Shown: piece by piece, positions 38,013 to 47,156 of the stretch
Numbering within the stretch: position 1 is the first letter of the stretch
Layout of the letters: every line of letters begins with the position of its first letter
Assembly: GCA_963806855.1 (NCBI GenBank)
Contig: CAWDYW010000001.1
Span: 704,001-768,000 of the forward strand
Source of the DNA: an uncultured Verrucomicrobiae bacterium
Lineage (GTDB): Bacteria; Chlamydiota; Chlamydiia; Chlamydiales; Rhabdochlamydiaceae
DNA: 64,000 nucleotides
Direction: 5' to 3'
Program-made: the position numbers and the translations under genes
Notes under the pieces: model-generated
What the model was told of the DNA's origin: nothing
Seen by the model: the letters and a program-made list of their open reading frames with translations, nothing else
Database searches by the model: none

Positions 38013-39750
38013 ATTTCTTCTTCAATAAACCCGCCAAACCACGAGTTGGAAGTGCAGCATCTCGTTTTCCATACCGCTCAGCAAGTTGAATATATTTCTC
38101 TGCTTCCTCCTTATCTTTCAAACCACCCTCTCCATTGTGGCACATAAGAGCATATTGATATGCAGCCTCACCGCGAAGAGTCCTATTCTCCCATCCTTGA
38201 GTACTGTCCGCAGCTTGTTTAAACCACTTTCTCGCTTCGGGACGGTTCTCTCTACAACCGAGCCCACCATAAGATATACGAGCTAGTTCACACATGGCAT
38301 GAGGAATTCCATTAGCTTCCTCAGCCTCTCCTCCGAGCCCAAGCTCAATCATTTGAATATATTCGTAATTAGCTTTCTGGGCTAATTCTTTACCTACCAC
38401 AGTAGATCTGTCAGCTAATTTTTTAAAATAACTTCGTGCGAGAATCAAAATAAGCATATTCATCGAGAGTGATTTCATTTGCTTAAGCAGGGCCATGATT
38501 TGCTCAGCATGCTCACTAAGAGAATAACAAGGCGAAATAAATTCATTAAAGGCTTCGTCGAAAAACTGCAATGCTTGGAAAAGATCGTCGCACCTTTCAT
38601 TCAAATTTAATTCAAGATATTTGAGTCGCGCTGGAATATATCCCTGCGCTGCCATTTCGCGGACTTCGGCAATTGCCAGCATATTTCTAGATTTATAATA
38701 CCATTCAGTTGAAGATGCGGGTATGAGTAATAGATCTTGAGCAATCCAAAAGCGAGCTTCAACAATTTCACTTGCTGCGGCTTGATAATAATCTCTTGCC
38801 CTTCGAGAATCCTTTTCGCCGCCAATTCCCTTATCCCACATTTCACCTAAACGAATTGCAACTTGAGATCGTATAGGATCATCTCGCAAGCTAAAATAAG
38901 CTTGCTCTAAATATTTACGTTCTTCAACTACGTCTACCTTGCCTCCCTTGCCCTCCCGACACATTATGGCATATTGATACATCGCATTAGAATCGCGCAA
39001 ATCCGCTGCACGTTTATAAAGTTCTCTAGCCTGATCTTCCGATGAAGCTCCAGCCTGCTTCATGATCTCTTCAACAGTTGGCGCATGTCTACGCGTTTCT
39101 ACAGCAGGGAGTTTGGTTGATTCGGGTTGAGCGATGGTGATGGGAGCTGGCGTTGGTGCGGTTGCTTTCGGTAGGGCGGCTGGGGCTTCTATACCTCTAT
39201 CGAGGAACGCGAGGAAATCCGCAACCGCATTCTCCGTATCTGTACCAGCCTGCTCTATGATCCGTTCATCAGTTGGCTCTAGTCTACTGGATTTTTCAAC
39301 AGCAGGGAGTTTTATTGCTTGAGATTCGGATGACTTGGGTGGGGCAGAGGGGGCGGGCGGTGGTGTTGATGTAGGAGGTATAGGTGCGGACAAGACTTCC
39401 TTAACCACTTTCTGCGCCTCTTTCGCAGCCTGGTCTATGGTCTCTTCAACTGCGGCGGGAGGTAATGCAGATATTGGTGATTCGGGTCGGGTTGCGGCGG
39501 GAGGTGGTACAGTTGTAGCGGGATCAATGTTGGTTGTAGTTGCGGGGGTGGTTGTGCTTTGACCAGCAGTTGCTGCAGTCGGAATTACTGCTTTCCATCT
39601 CCACCTAACAACAGCACATAGACTTAAAGCCAATGCAGATGAAATGACAATAAAAGGAACGATTTTATTGTCAGCATCTGTTGCTTCTTTAACGAATCGT
39701 TCACATAAATTATTAAGGTGGCTAGAGCCCGGAATTAACTTACATAGCAT
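38011..39750 (-). CDS. Sel1-like repeat protein with N-terminal TM segment and Pro/Thr-rich linker (candidate effector)
   Basis: Repeats such as AMYQYAIMCREGKGG, LGEMWDKGIGG and AAYQYALMCHNGEGG; SD AGGAG. Confidence 0.85.
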   Translation of the reverse strand: MLCKLIPGSSHLNNLCERFVKEATDADNKIVPFIVISSALALSLCAVVRWRWKAVIPTAATAGQSTTTPATTTNIDPATTVPPPAATRPESPISALPPAAVEETIDQAAKEAQKVVKEVLSAPIPPTSTPPPAPSAPPKSSESQAIKLPAVEKSSRLEPTDERIIEQAGTDTENAVADFLAFLDRGIEAPAALPKATAPTPAPITIAQPESTKLPAVETRRHAPTVEEIMKQAGASSEDQARELYKRAADLRDSNAMYQYAIMCREGKGGKVDVVEERKYLEQAYFSLRDDPIRSQVAIRLGEMWDKGIGGEKDSRRARDYYQAAASEIVEARFWIAQDLLLIPASSTEWYYKSRNMLAIAEVREMAAQGYIPARLKYLELNLNERCDDLFQALQFFDEAFNEFISPCYSLSEHAEQIMALLKQMKSLSMNMLILILARSYFKKLADRSTVVGKELAQKANYEYIQMIELGLGGEAEEANGIPHAMCELARISYGGLGCRENRPEARKWFKQAADSTQGWENRTLRGEAAYQYALMCHNGEGGLKDKEEAEKYIQLAERYGKRDAALPTRGLAGLLKKK

Positions 39751-39870
39751 ATTTTATCTCCTAAATATAAATAGATGAAAAAATAAATTTATTGGGAACT
39801 GATTGTAATAAGTTGACGCATGGAATGTCAAGGAAAGTGAATTTTATTTCCTGGACGGTTAGAAAAGAAG

Positions 39871-39895
39871 ATTCACCACGCGGTGCGTGGTGAAT
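39871..39895 (-). terminator. Hairpin, probable terminator of the GxxExxY-thiL-nfi transcript
   Basis: 11-bp stem ATTCACCACGC/GCGTGGTGAAT followed on the minus strand by CTTCTTTTCT. Confidence 0.5.
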
Positions 39896-39992
39896 TCAAG
39901 TGTGCAAGGGATGATGCTGGTTTAGGGTTCAAGGAACGGAAAGCTCCGCGCTCCTGATCCATCAATTGGATGAAAAAAAACTTTTCCCTTTT

Positions 39993-40643
39993 TCATGACT
40001 TTAGTTCCTTCGCATTTTCTCTTCGACAAGCATTCGCAGCAAGGTGTGCCTGCCTGGTAGGCTCAGGGAGTCGATATTTGCTTATGCAGTGCTTCACCCA
40101 TTTTACTGCGGAAGGCAATGAGACTCGATGCCCGGTAGAGATATACAGGGGGTTTGCCCGGGCCTTGCTTTGATAGGCCCTCCCGATCGTCTTCCCATTC
40201 CAAATTAAGCGGTCCTTTTGAACTTCTCCAACCAAAATCGATTTGGCCACCCCGATGGTGGGAATATCTAAAAGGACGCCGATGTGGCTCGCAATTCCAA
40301 GTCCACGCGGGTGGCTGATGCCATGCCCATCGACCAGGATGAGATCGGGCTTAATTTTGAGCTTGTTAAACGCATTCACAAGTGCTGGCGCCTCGCGGAA
40401 GCCCAGCAGGCCGGGGACGTAGGGGAAGAGCTGTTTTTCTGCTATTGTCGCCGTTTCGATGACCTTCAGCTCTTTTAGATCGAGCACCACAACGGCAGCA
40501 TAGATCATCTTGGCCGGGTCGTACAGATTGCAGCTGACATCCATCCCGCCGATATACCGAGGGGTGGCAAGATCGTCTTCGAGGATGACTTTCGCAGCCA
40601 TCTCGTTTTGCATCTCTTTTGCTTCTTTAATTGAAATGGTCAT
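39993..40643 (-). CDS. nfi: Endonuclease V
   Basis: Motifs GGMDVS, FPYVPGLLGFRE, VDGHGISHPRGLGIASH, IGVAKS and YRLPEPTR. Confidence 0.96.
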   Translation of the reverse strand: MTISIKEAKEMQNEMAAKVILEDDLATPRYIGGMDVSCNLYDPAKMIYAAVVVLDLKELKVIETATIAEKQLFPYVPGLLGFREAPALVNAFNKLKIKPDLILVDGHGISHPRGLGIASHIGVLLDIPTIGVAKSILVGEVQKDRLIWNGKTIGRAYQSKARANPLYISTGHRVSLPSAVKWVKHCISKYRLPEPTRQAHLAANACRRENAKELKS

Positions 40644-41595
40644 ACTGTTTGAGTTGCAACTTTACGGCTTTCCCTTGCCTCTGATAAAGAACAGGAGCCC
40701 CAGTATTTGTTATCTCCCCAATGGCAAAGAGGGGATGTCCAAACTGGGTGTGGAATTGTTTGCTGATTGGCTCATAGGATTGCCGATCAACGGTGAGTAG
40801 AATGCAGTAATCTTCGCCGCCAGTCAATGCAAATTTCACCGGGTCCCACTTCTCTTTTTCGCAGACCTGTAGCAGGGGAGAGGAGAGGGGGAGCTGGGAG
40901 AGTTCGACGAGGGCGCCGCATTTGGAGGCTTTGATCATTCGATTTAAGTCGATATCCAAGCCATCGGAGATATCCATCATCGCATGCACCCCTTTTTGCT
41001 TGGAGAGCCAGATCCCTTCAGCAGGGGATGGCTCAGGGTGAAAGTGGGCCCGGATCACATCTTCACACCCCTCTAATTTCTCCTGCAGGGCGCGCAAGCC
41101 AGCTCCGGAATCGCCTAGATAGCCAGTGACGCAGATCAGATCGCCCACTTGGGCCTCATGTCGGAATTTCACATGGGTGCTCGAGCCGATCAGCATGAGG
41201 TTGAAGTAGAGATCCCGTTTCGAGCCATCGGTATCTCCACCCAGTAGCTGGATATCCCATTTTCCGCAGGCGAGGCTGATCCCTTCGATCACTTTTTTTA
41301 GCCAAGCGGCATCGGTGGATGGGGGAAGGGCCATCGTCAGAAAAGCATATTGGGGTACGCCTCCTTTGGCAGCGATGTCGCTGACGTTGATGGCGATGAG
41401 TTTGTAGCCGAGCTCTTGTGGGGGGATTTGATCTTTGATGAAGTGGATCCATTCGAGCAGACCATCGGTTTTGACCAGCATCCCATTTGGAAGGATGGCG
41501 CAATCATCTCCAATGCCGACTATTGGGGGCCGAGCCCGAAAATGCTCTCCCAAATAAGCGACGATCTCTTCTTCACCCCAATCTTTGATTTGCAT
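40627..41595 (-). CDS. thiL: Thiamine-monophosphate kinase
   Basis: Motifs GIGDDCA, NVSDIAA, GGDT, MMDISDGL and GGEDY. Confidence 0.95.
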   Translation of the reverse strand: MQIKDWGEEEIVAYLGEHFRARPPIVGIGDDCAILPNGMLVKTDGLLEWIHFIKDQIPPQELGYKLIAINVSDIAAKGGVPQYAFLTMALPPSTDAAWLKKVIEGISLACGKWDIQLLGGDTDGSKRDLYFNLMLIGSSTHVKFRHEAQVGDLICVTGYLGDSGAGLRALQEKLEGCEDVIRAHFHPEPSPAEGIWLSKQKGVHAMMDISDGLDIDLNRMIKASKCGALVELSQLPLSSPLLQVCEKEKWDPVKFALTGGEDYCILLTVDRQSYEPISKQFHTQFGHPLFAIGEITNTGAPVLYQRQGKAVKLQLKQYDHFN

Positions 41596-41968
41596 AGTTG
41601 TTTATGATCGGAATCACACCGTCGGTTAATGCTTTTTTCCCAAAATTGATCAGAAGCCCTAACTTTATACCTGTCAGACGCAGATGAGTCAAGAGCTGAG
41701 CTTCGTAGTAGGGAAAATGTTTCTCATTCGCTTTCACTTCGACGATGACCCGTTTATCGACGAGGATATCGAGAAAGAGGGGATCGCGGATGGGGGAGCC
41801 TTTATAGACGATCGGAATGGGCAATTGTCTTTGCGTCGGAATGCCGAGCAGCGACAGCTCGTGGCAAAGGGCCGATTCGTAGATGTTTTCTAGCAGGCCT
41901 GGGCCACCCAAAAGCTGGTGCACTTCAACTGCTGCATCGACAATTTTTCGAAGAAGCTCATCATCCAT
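41573..41968 (-). CDS. GxxExxY family protein (PD-(D/E)XK nuclease-like)
   Basis: Motifs GPGLLENIYESAL, DILVDKRVIVEVK and AQLLTHLRLTGIKLGLLINFG. Confidence 0.92.
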   Translation of the reverse strand: MDDELLRKIVDAAVEVHQLLGGPGLLENIYESALCHELSLLGIPTQRQLPIPIVYKGSPIRDPLFLDILVDKRVIVEVKANEKHFPYYEAQLLTHLRLTGIKLGLLINFGKKALTDGVIPIINNYANQRLG

Positions 41969-42046
41969 GAGTGGACATCATACAAAATTTTTACGTTTTC
42001 ATCTATTGAAAAAAGCCATAGGATGGGAAGAGAACAGGGGGTATTT

Positions 42047-43213
42047 ATGGTCGGTTGGCTGAAAAATCGGGGCGTTCAGGTACTCCTTGTCGTCGGAATC
42101 TATCTCTTCATCGCCAATTTTTTGCCGTTGGTCATCCACCAAGGGCTCTATACCATCAGTGTCTTCATCAAAGATCTGCTCGTGTGGCTGCTGCCGGTGA
42201 CTGTCGGGCTCTTTATCGCTCAGACGATTTGCTCGTTTGAGCAGCGGGCGCCGCTCTTCATTTTGGCGATGGTGATCTTTGAGGGGCTCTCAAACTTCTC
42301 AAGTGTCTGGTTTGCGATTGGAGGGGGACACATTGCGGCCGATTTCCTCCCGCCAATTCAGATGCCGATCATCAATGTCGACTTCAGCCCGCTCTGGCGC
42401 CTCCCTTTCACCAAGCCGGTATGGTGGTCGGCTGATAAGGGGACCTTTTTTGGTGTTGCGCTCGGCTGCCTCGCCATTATAGGGAAAAAGACTCTGCTTA
42501 AAGAGTGGATCGGAAAAGGCAAAGGAGCTGCGCAGTGGATCTTGACCCGGATTTTTTCTCGATTGATCCCTCTCTTCATCCTCGGATTTGTCGCTCGGAT
42601 GCATCAAACCGAGATCTTGCGCCACATTTTTGCCCATTATTCGGTGCTCTTGATCTGGATGCTCTTCTTCTTAAGTGCCTATATTTTCCTCTTGTTTCTA
42701 ATCGGCAGCGGATCATGGCGAGGAGCGCTGCAAAGCTTAAAAAACCTCAGCCCCGCTGGAGCCATCGCCTTTACCTCGGGGTGTAGCCTCTCGACGATGC
42801 CTTGGACCATCGAGGGTGCCGCTAAAAATCTCCAAAACCCCGATTTTGCCAAAGCCATTATCCCGGCGACGACCAATATTCAGCAGATTGGAGACTGCAT
42901 CATCAACACCTTTCTTTGCTTTTTGATCTATAACCACTTCTACGGGCATTCCCCCGATGTGCAGACACTCGTCAGCTTCAGCGTCATGTTTGTGCTCGCC
43001 CGTTTTGCCACTGCTGCTGTCATCGGCGGGGCGATTTTCATCATGCTCCCAATCTATGAGACCTATCTCTCCTTCAGTCCTGAGATGATCGCGATTATTT
43101 TAGCTTTTAATGTGATCCTCGACCCGATTGTCACCTCATCCAATGTGATGGCCAATGGGGCGCTCTGTCGGGTATTTGAGAGGGTTTGGGTGAGAGTGCA
43201 GAGGGCTTTTTAA
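42047..43213 (+). CDS. Cation:dicarboxylate/amino-acid symporter (DAACS/SDF family)
   Basis: Motifs AFTSGCSLSTMP, IIPATTNIQQIGD and DPIVTSSNVMAN; likely start ATG 42047 after GGGGG. Confidence 0.85.
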   Translation: MVGWLKNRGVQVLLVVGIYLFIANFLPLVIHQGLYTISVFIKDLLVWLLPVTVGLFIAQTICSFEQRAPLFILAMVIFEGLSNFSSVWFAIGGGHIAADFLPPIQMPIINVDFSPLWRLPFTKPVWWSADKGTFFGVALGCLAIIGKKTLLKEWIGKGKGAAQWILTRIFSRLIPLFILGFVARMHQTEILRHIFAHYSVLLIWMLFFLSAYIFLLFLIGSGSWRGALQSLKNLSPAGAIAFTSGCSLSTMPWTIEGAAKNLQNPDFAKAIIPATTNIQQIGDCIINTFLCFLIYNHFYGHSPDVQTLVSFSVMFVLARFATAAVIGGAIFIMLPIYETYLSFSPEMIAIILAFNVILDPIVTSSNVMANGALCRVFERVWVRVQRAF

Positions 43214-43370
43214 CCCGAGCCCCAAATAGGCGACAATATGCGCCAGCGAGGCAAAGCAAAATCGATTCCCCAATCGCAGGACAGTGTTCTTGTACCACGA
43301 ACTGCGATTGGGAAATCGATTTGGCAAAGCCGCAGCAAGCAGATTGTCGCCTATTTGGGGCTCGGGTTAA
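43210..43370. repeat. 161-bp TTAA-bounded palindromic element (MITE-like, family C)
   Basis: TTAACCCGAGCCCCAAATAGGCGACAAT ... ATTGTCGCCTATTTGGGGCTCGGGTTAA forms a perfect 28-bp outer stem. The inner arms AAATCGATT.CCCAATCGCAG / CTGCGATTGGG.AATCGATTT also pair. Confidence 0.9.
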
Positions 43371-43378
43371 TAACTTCG

Positions 43379-43975
43379 CTATTCGGTAGCAAAAAGCCAG
43401 AAAAAGAAGGCGGCGGCGATGATTTTGATGGCGATGACGACCGAGATATTGTGGAAGTGCTTATCAATAAATAATTTTACTTTCTCGCCCCACAGCAAAA
43501 CGATTGTCCCAATAAAGGTGAATCGGACCAGCCTAGCGGCGATTAGCCCTATGATAAAGCCTGCTGGGTTCAGGTGGAAGGCTCCAGCAGCGAGGCTAAT
43601 AGCCTTGAGGGGGAGCGGGAGCAAGGCGCTGATAAAGACAGCCCAGACCGTATAGGCTTGCAGATGGCCTGTTAAACGGCCAAAAAACGAGGCTGAAATC
43701 AGATGGGGAACCACATAGGGGCCGATGAGATCCCAGAGAAAATGGCCCAATAAATAGCCTATAATCCCCGAAAGGGTCGATGCCACAGCGGCGATGATAA
43801 TGTAAAGAAATGTTTTTCTAGGGTTCTGTAAGCAGAAGAAGATCATTACCGCATCCAAGGGGATCAGCAGGAAGATCTCAAGCAAGAAGAGCAGACCGAT
43901 CCACAGGGGAGCCTTGGAGGAGGTAGCCTTCTCCGTTGCCCAATTGTAGAGCTTTGTTGTCGCCGTTCTTATCAT
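43379..43975 (-). CDS. YqaA/DedA (SNARE-associated) family membrane protein
   Basis: Motifs EIFLLIPLD, GIIGYLLG, PLPLKAISLAAG and RLVRF. Confidence 0.85.
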   Translation of the reverse strand: MIRTATTKLYNWATEKATSSKAPLWIGLLFLLEIFLLIPLDAVMIFFCLQNPRKTFLYIIIAAVASTLSGIIGYLLGHFLWDLIGPYVVPHLISASFFGRLTGHLQAYTVWAVFISALLPLPLKAISLAAGAFHLNPAGFIIGLIAARLVRFTFIGTIVLLWGEKVKLFIDKHFHNISVVIAIKIIAAAFFFWLFATE

Positions 43976-44072
43976 TTAATTTTTTTACTTTTTAGGGTTT
44001 CCGCTCCTCCATTATACCATATATAAGAATAAAGAACCTATCTCGAAAATCGACTGAAACTTTTTATCGGGA

Positions 44073-44239
44073 TATACCCCGACTCGCCCAAAAATGTGAA
44101 TTTGGACCGCGCCAAAGCCTCGGGGTTCAGCTGCTTTTCCGAGGGTTGTATATATTCGATACTACCCTCGGAAAAACAGCTGAACCGCGAGAGCTTTCGC
44201 GTGGGTCCAAATTCACATTTTTGGGCGAGTCGGGGTATA
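44073..44239. mobile_element. 167-bp TA-flanked palindromic MITE-like element, family B, copy 2
   Basis: Same length as 11357-11523 with 8 substitutions; inserted at a TA inside an older hairpin (44034-44244). Confidence 0.9.
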
Positions 44240-44284
44240 GGTTCCAAGGCCCCAACTAAAAGGTGTTGGGGCATTAATATAGAT

Positions 44285-44785
44285 CTATGAGTTGACTTCA
44301 GTTTGGAAGCTAGTTTCTTGTTGCTCGGCAAGATGCTCAAGAGGGGCATCAGCATGTTCTGGGATATATGCTTTAGGCTCCGTTGCAACTTTTTTCTTCA
44401 GTATTTCTGGTTCTGTGAATGTATCCTTCACAACTTCAGGAGTCACTTCAGTTTTGACCTCTTTGGTCTTCACTTGCACAATCTTCTCTTCTTGTTTAGG
44501 AGAGGGAGAGACAGGCTGCTGTACTTGCACAATCTTCTCTTCTTGTTTAGAAGAGGGAGGGACAGGCTGCTGTTTCGGTTTAACTTCAGCCGTTACAGGT
44601 GTTGTTTCAGTGAGCGGATAAGTGTAGTATTTCTTGGATTTACCTTTCTTTTTATTTTTCTTCGCTTTTGAATGAGATGAGCTGTGTTTACTGCTCTTCT
44701 TTTTGCTTTTGGCTTCTCCTTCTGCGCAGATACCGCAGAGCAGGATCATCAGAGCTGATAGGATGGTTTTCGAGTTGAAGTACAT
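44285..44785 (-). CDS. Secreted Lys/Ser-rich low-complexity protein with a 17-aa tandem duplication
   Basis: Signal peptide and SD AAGGAG; QQPVxPSxKQEEKIVQV occurs twice. Confidence 0.72.
   Translation of the reverse strand: MYFNSKTILSALMILLCGICAEGEAKSKKKSSKHSSSHSKAKKNKKKGKSKKYYTYPLTETTPVTAEVKPKQQPVPPSSKQEEKIVQVQQPVSPSPKQEEKIVQVKTKEVKTEVTPEVVKDTFTEPEILKKKVATEPKAYIPEHADAPLEHLAEQQETSFQTEVNS
44472..44573. repeat. 2 x 51-bp in-frame tandem repeat
   Basis: ACTTGCACAATCTTCTCTTCTTGTTTAGRAGAGGGAGRGACAGGCTGCTGT occurs twice. Confidence 0.9.
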
Positions 44786-44885
44786 ATTATGGTCTCCTTT
44801 TAAATTTTTTGGGGTCGATCTGGATGACGATCTTAATTAATGGGCTAAATCTTTACAAGAATTTGTTCGCAGGGTAGCCTAAGCC

Positions 44886-45518
44886 ATGAAGAAAATCTTC
44901 CTGATGCTATTGATTGCCTGTAACGCCTACGCATCAGACTGGGATGTTGAATATTGGCAATATTTCAGAAAAACGAACTTCCAATGCGGCTCTCTTAAAG
45001 TCTACACATCTGGCGTCGTCCGTTTAGACAAAGATATCACCAGATTTTATTATTACCGAATTACCGAAAATGTGGCCTATCGTCTTTTTCGTTGGTTGGA
45101 TTTAGAGGCTCACTACAGCTTTATCTATACAAAACCGCGTGGCGCACCTTCTTTTCATACTGTGAGCAGGCTCGAGTTAGAGGCGATCCCACTCTTCGAC
45201 TTTGGTAAGATAAACATCCAGTGGCGGAATCGGCTGCAAATTATCAAGAGACAACACATCACCGAGCTTCTATATATCTTGAGAGAGAGGCTCATGATCC
45301 GGGTGCCGGTCTGCCTTTGTCCTTTGGTTTCGATCAATTTCTACGACGAGGTCTTCTACAACTACGAACTGAAGAAAGTGACTGAAAACCGGTTCATCCC
45401 TTTGGAATTTTCCTTCTCTTTCTGCAGAGTCGATCTCGATCTCTTCTTCATGGTGCGCAACTTCTGGCGACTCAAATGGTACAACAGTATTGTCTTTGGG
45501 ACTGAGTTCAGTTTTTAA
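44886..45518 (+). CDS. Putative outer-membrane beta-barrel protein (DUF2490-like)
   Basis: Signal peptide, amphipathic strands, R-x-R and YDEVFYN..ENRF motifs, and a C-terminal Phe. Confidence 0.72.
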   Translation: MKKIFLMLLIACNAYASDWDVEYWQYFRKTNFQCGSLKVYTSGVVRLDKDITRFYYYRITENVAYRLFRWLDLEAHYSFIYTKPRGAPSFHTVSRLELEAIPLFDFGKINIQWRNRLQIIKRQHITELLYILRERLMIRVPVCLCPLVSINFYDEVFYNYELKKVTENRFIPLEFSFSFCRVDLDLFFMVRNFWRLKWYNSIVFGTEFSF

Positions 45519-46194
45519 TTATCCGAAAAAACTCATTCACACTGATAGGAGCAAATGATTCTATTCTCAGATGGGCATGGGAAAGATCTTGGAAGCGGGT
45601 AGATCGATTGGGCACTGCGATTGTGAAACATCCAGCCCCTACTCCCGCTGTCACACCCGTTGAGCTATCTTCGATGACGACACACTGCTCCGGTGCCACT
45701 CCGAGCTGTTTTGCCGAATGCAGATAGATATAGGGTTTGGGCTTGTTCACCCCTTCAGGGTCAGTGTAGGCAGACAAATCATCGATCCCAGAAAGGACGA
45801 TGTCGAAGAGCTTTTCAATTCCCAAATGGAGCAAATGAGTCAAAATCTCCTCTTTTTTTGCTGCAGAGGCGATCCCGAATTTTAAACCCCGCTGCTCTTT
45901 TTCCATAGCGAGGCGGTGGATAAAATCGATTGTCGGAGCAATGGGGGGTAGGCCGCTTTGCCGAATCTGAAGATAGCGGTGCATCTTATCTTCCAGGATG
46001 ATCTGTGCGGCTGATGATCCAATTTTTTCTGCCATCAACTTGGCATTGGCTTCAAGTCCTTTACCAACATAAAACGCATAATCCTCTTCAGACAGGTCGC
46101 TCCCTTGATTCTGCAGAGCGTATTGCCAAGATAGGTAGTGGGCATATTCGCTGTCGACAAGTGTCCCATCACAGTCAAAAATGATCGCTTTCAT
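45508..46194 (-). CDS. HAD family phosphatase (beta-PGM/CbbY-like)
   Basis: Motifs IFDCDGTLVDSE, KPKPYIY and VIEDSSTG. Confidence 0.9.
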   Translation of the reverse strand: MKAIIFDCDGTLVDSEYAHYLSWQYALQNQGSDLSEEDYAFYVGKGLEANAKLMAEKIGSSAAQIILEDKMHRYLQIRQSGLPPIAPTIDFIHRLAMEKEQRGLKFGIASAAKKEEILTHLLHLGIEKLFDIVLSGIDDLSAYTDPEGVNKPKPYIYLHSAKQLGVAPEQCVVIEDSSTGVTAGVGAGCFTIAVPNRSTRFQDLSHAHLRIESFAPISVNEFFRIIKN

Positions 46195-47063
46195 TTATTG
46201 ATCCAATTAATTACGACATCTAAAGATTCTCTTGCTTGAGCCGAGGCACGCGCCCCATGGCCTGCCAAATGGTCGCTCCGTTGCTGGCAATACACAGTGG
46301 TCGGCACCCCTGCCGCAGAGAGCCGGTCGGCATATTTCTGTCCCATCTCTCTCTGAAGATCATATTCTGCTAGGACAATCAGAGCTGGGGGAAGATCGCG
46401 TAAATCCTCTGCCATCAGGGGAGAGGCGTAAGCTTTTGTCGCATCGCTCGGATCAGACAGATACTGTTTTGTGTACCAGCGTAAGGAGTCGAAGGGGTCA
46501 TCTTGCCTTTCTGTGCCATAGGTCAAATTGGTCGCAGGATTGATCAAAACTTGCGCATCGATTTTGGGGCCGCCACGATCGCGCGCCATCATGCATAAGG
46601 CCGCTGCCAAGTTGCCTCCAGCGCTGTCGCCGACGACTGTAAGAGAGGGGGGATTAACGTTCTGCACCGTCCACAGCAGCGCTTCATAGGATTGCTCTAG
46701 AGGCAAGGGAAATTTCCCTTCGGGGGCATTGAGATAGCCGACAGAGACGACCACCGATCCGGTTTTAGAGCAGAGGTAACGGGCCAGATTGTCGTGCGTG
46801 TCAAGATTGCCGGCGATCCAGGCCCCTCCATGAATCAGCAAGATGGCTGGGAGCTGTTTGTTTTCACTTGGCCGGTAGACCCGAATCGGAGTCGATTTGT
46901 TGATTTCCAAATCGAGGGCAGACATGACCGGTGCGGCTTCTGCTTCAATGGCCATGATGCGCTGGTTGATTTTTTCTCGGACCTCGCTGGGGTCCCTTTC
47001 CCATAATGATTGAGCGTTCATCGTACCAAAACCTAAAATAAGAATTAACAGTGTCTTCATCAT
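46191..47063 (-). CDS. Alpha/beta hydrolase, HSL-family esterase/lipase
   Basis: Motifs HGGAW, GDSAGGNLA and AEYD; likely start MMKTLLIL with a signal peptide. Confidence 0.9.
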   Translation of the reverse strand: MMKTLLILILGFGTMNAQSLWERDPSEVREKINQRIMAIEAEAAPVMSALDLEINKSTPIRVYRPSENKQLPAILLIHGGAWIAGNLDTHDNLARYLCSKTGSVVVSVGYLNAPEGKFPLPLEQSYEALLWTVQNVNPPSLTVVGDSAGGNLAAALCMMARDRGGPKIDAQVLINPATNLTYGTERQDDPFDSLRWYTKQYLSDPSDATKAYASPLMAEDLRDLPPALIVLAEYDLQREMGQKYADRLSAAGVPTTVYCQQRSDHLAGHGARASAQARESLDVVINWINK

Positions 47064-47156
47064 AAAGAATATTGTATAAGACTGTTGAATATTTTGCATC
47101 TTAAATTTTTATATGTAATTGATTTGTATTTATAATTTTGATATAGTAATCAAGCT

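Noticed and set aside
39896..39965. TPP riboswitch or 6S RNA near thiL
   Set aside because: It lacks the CUGAGA and full TPP core, lies downstream rather than upstream of thiL, and shares only a short CCTTGAACC with 6S RNA.
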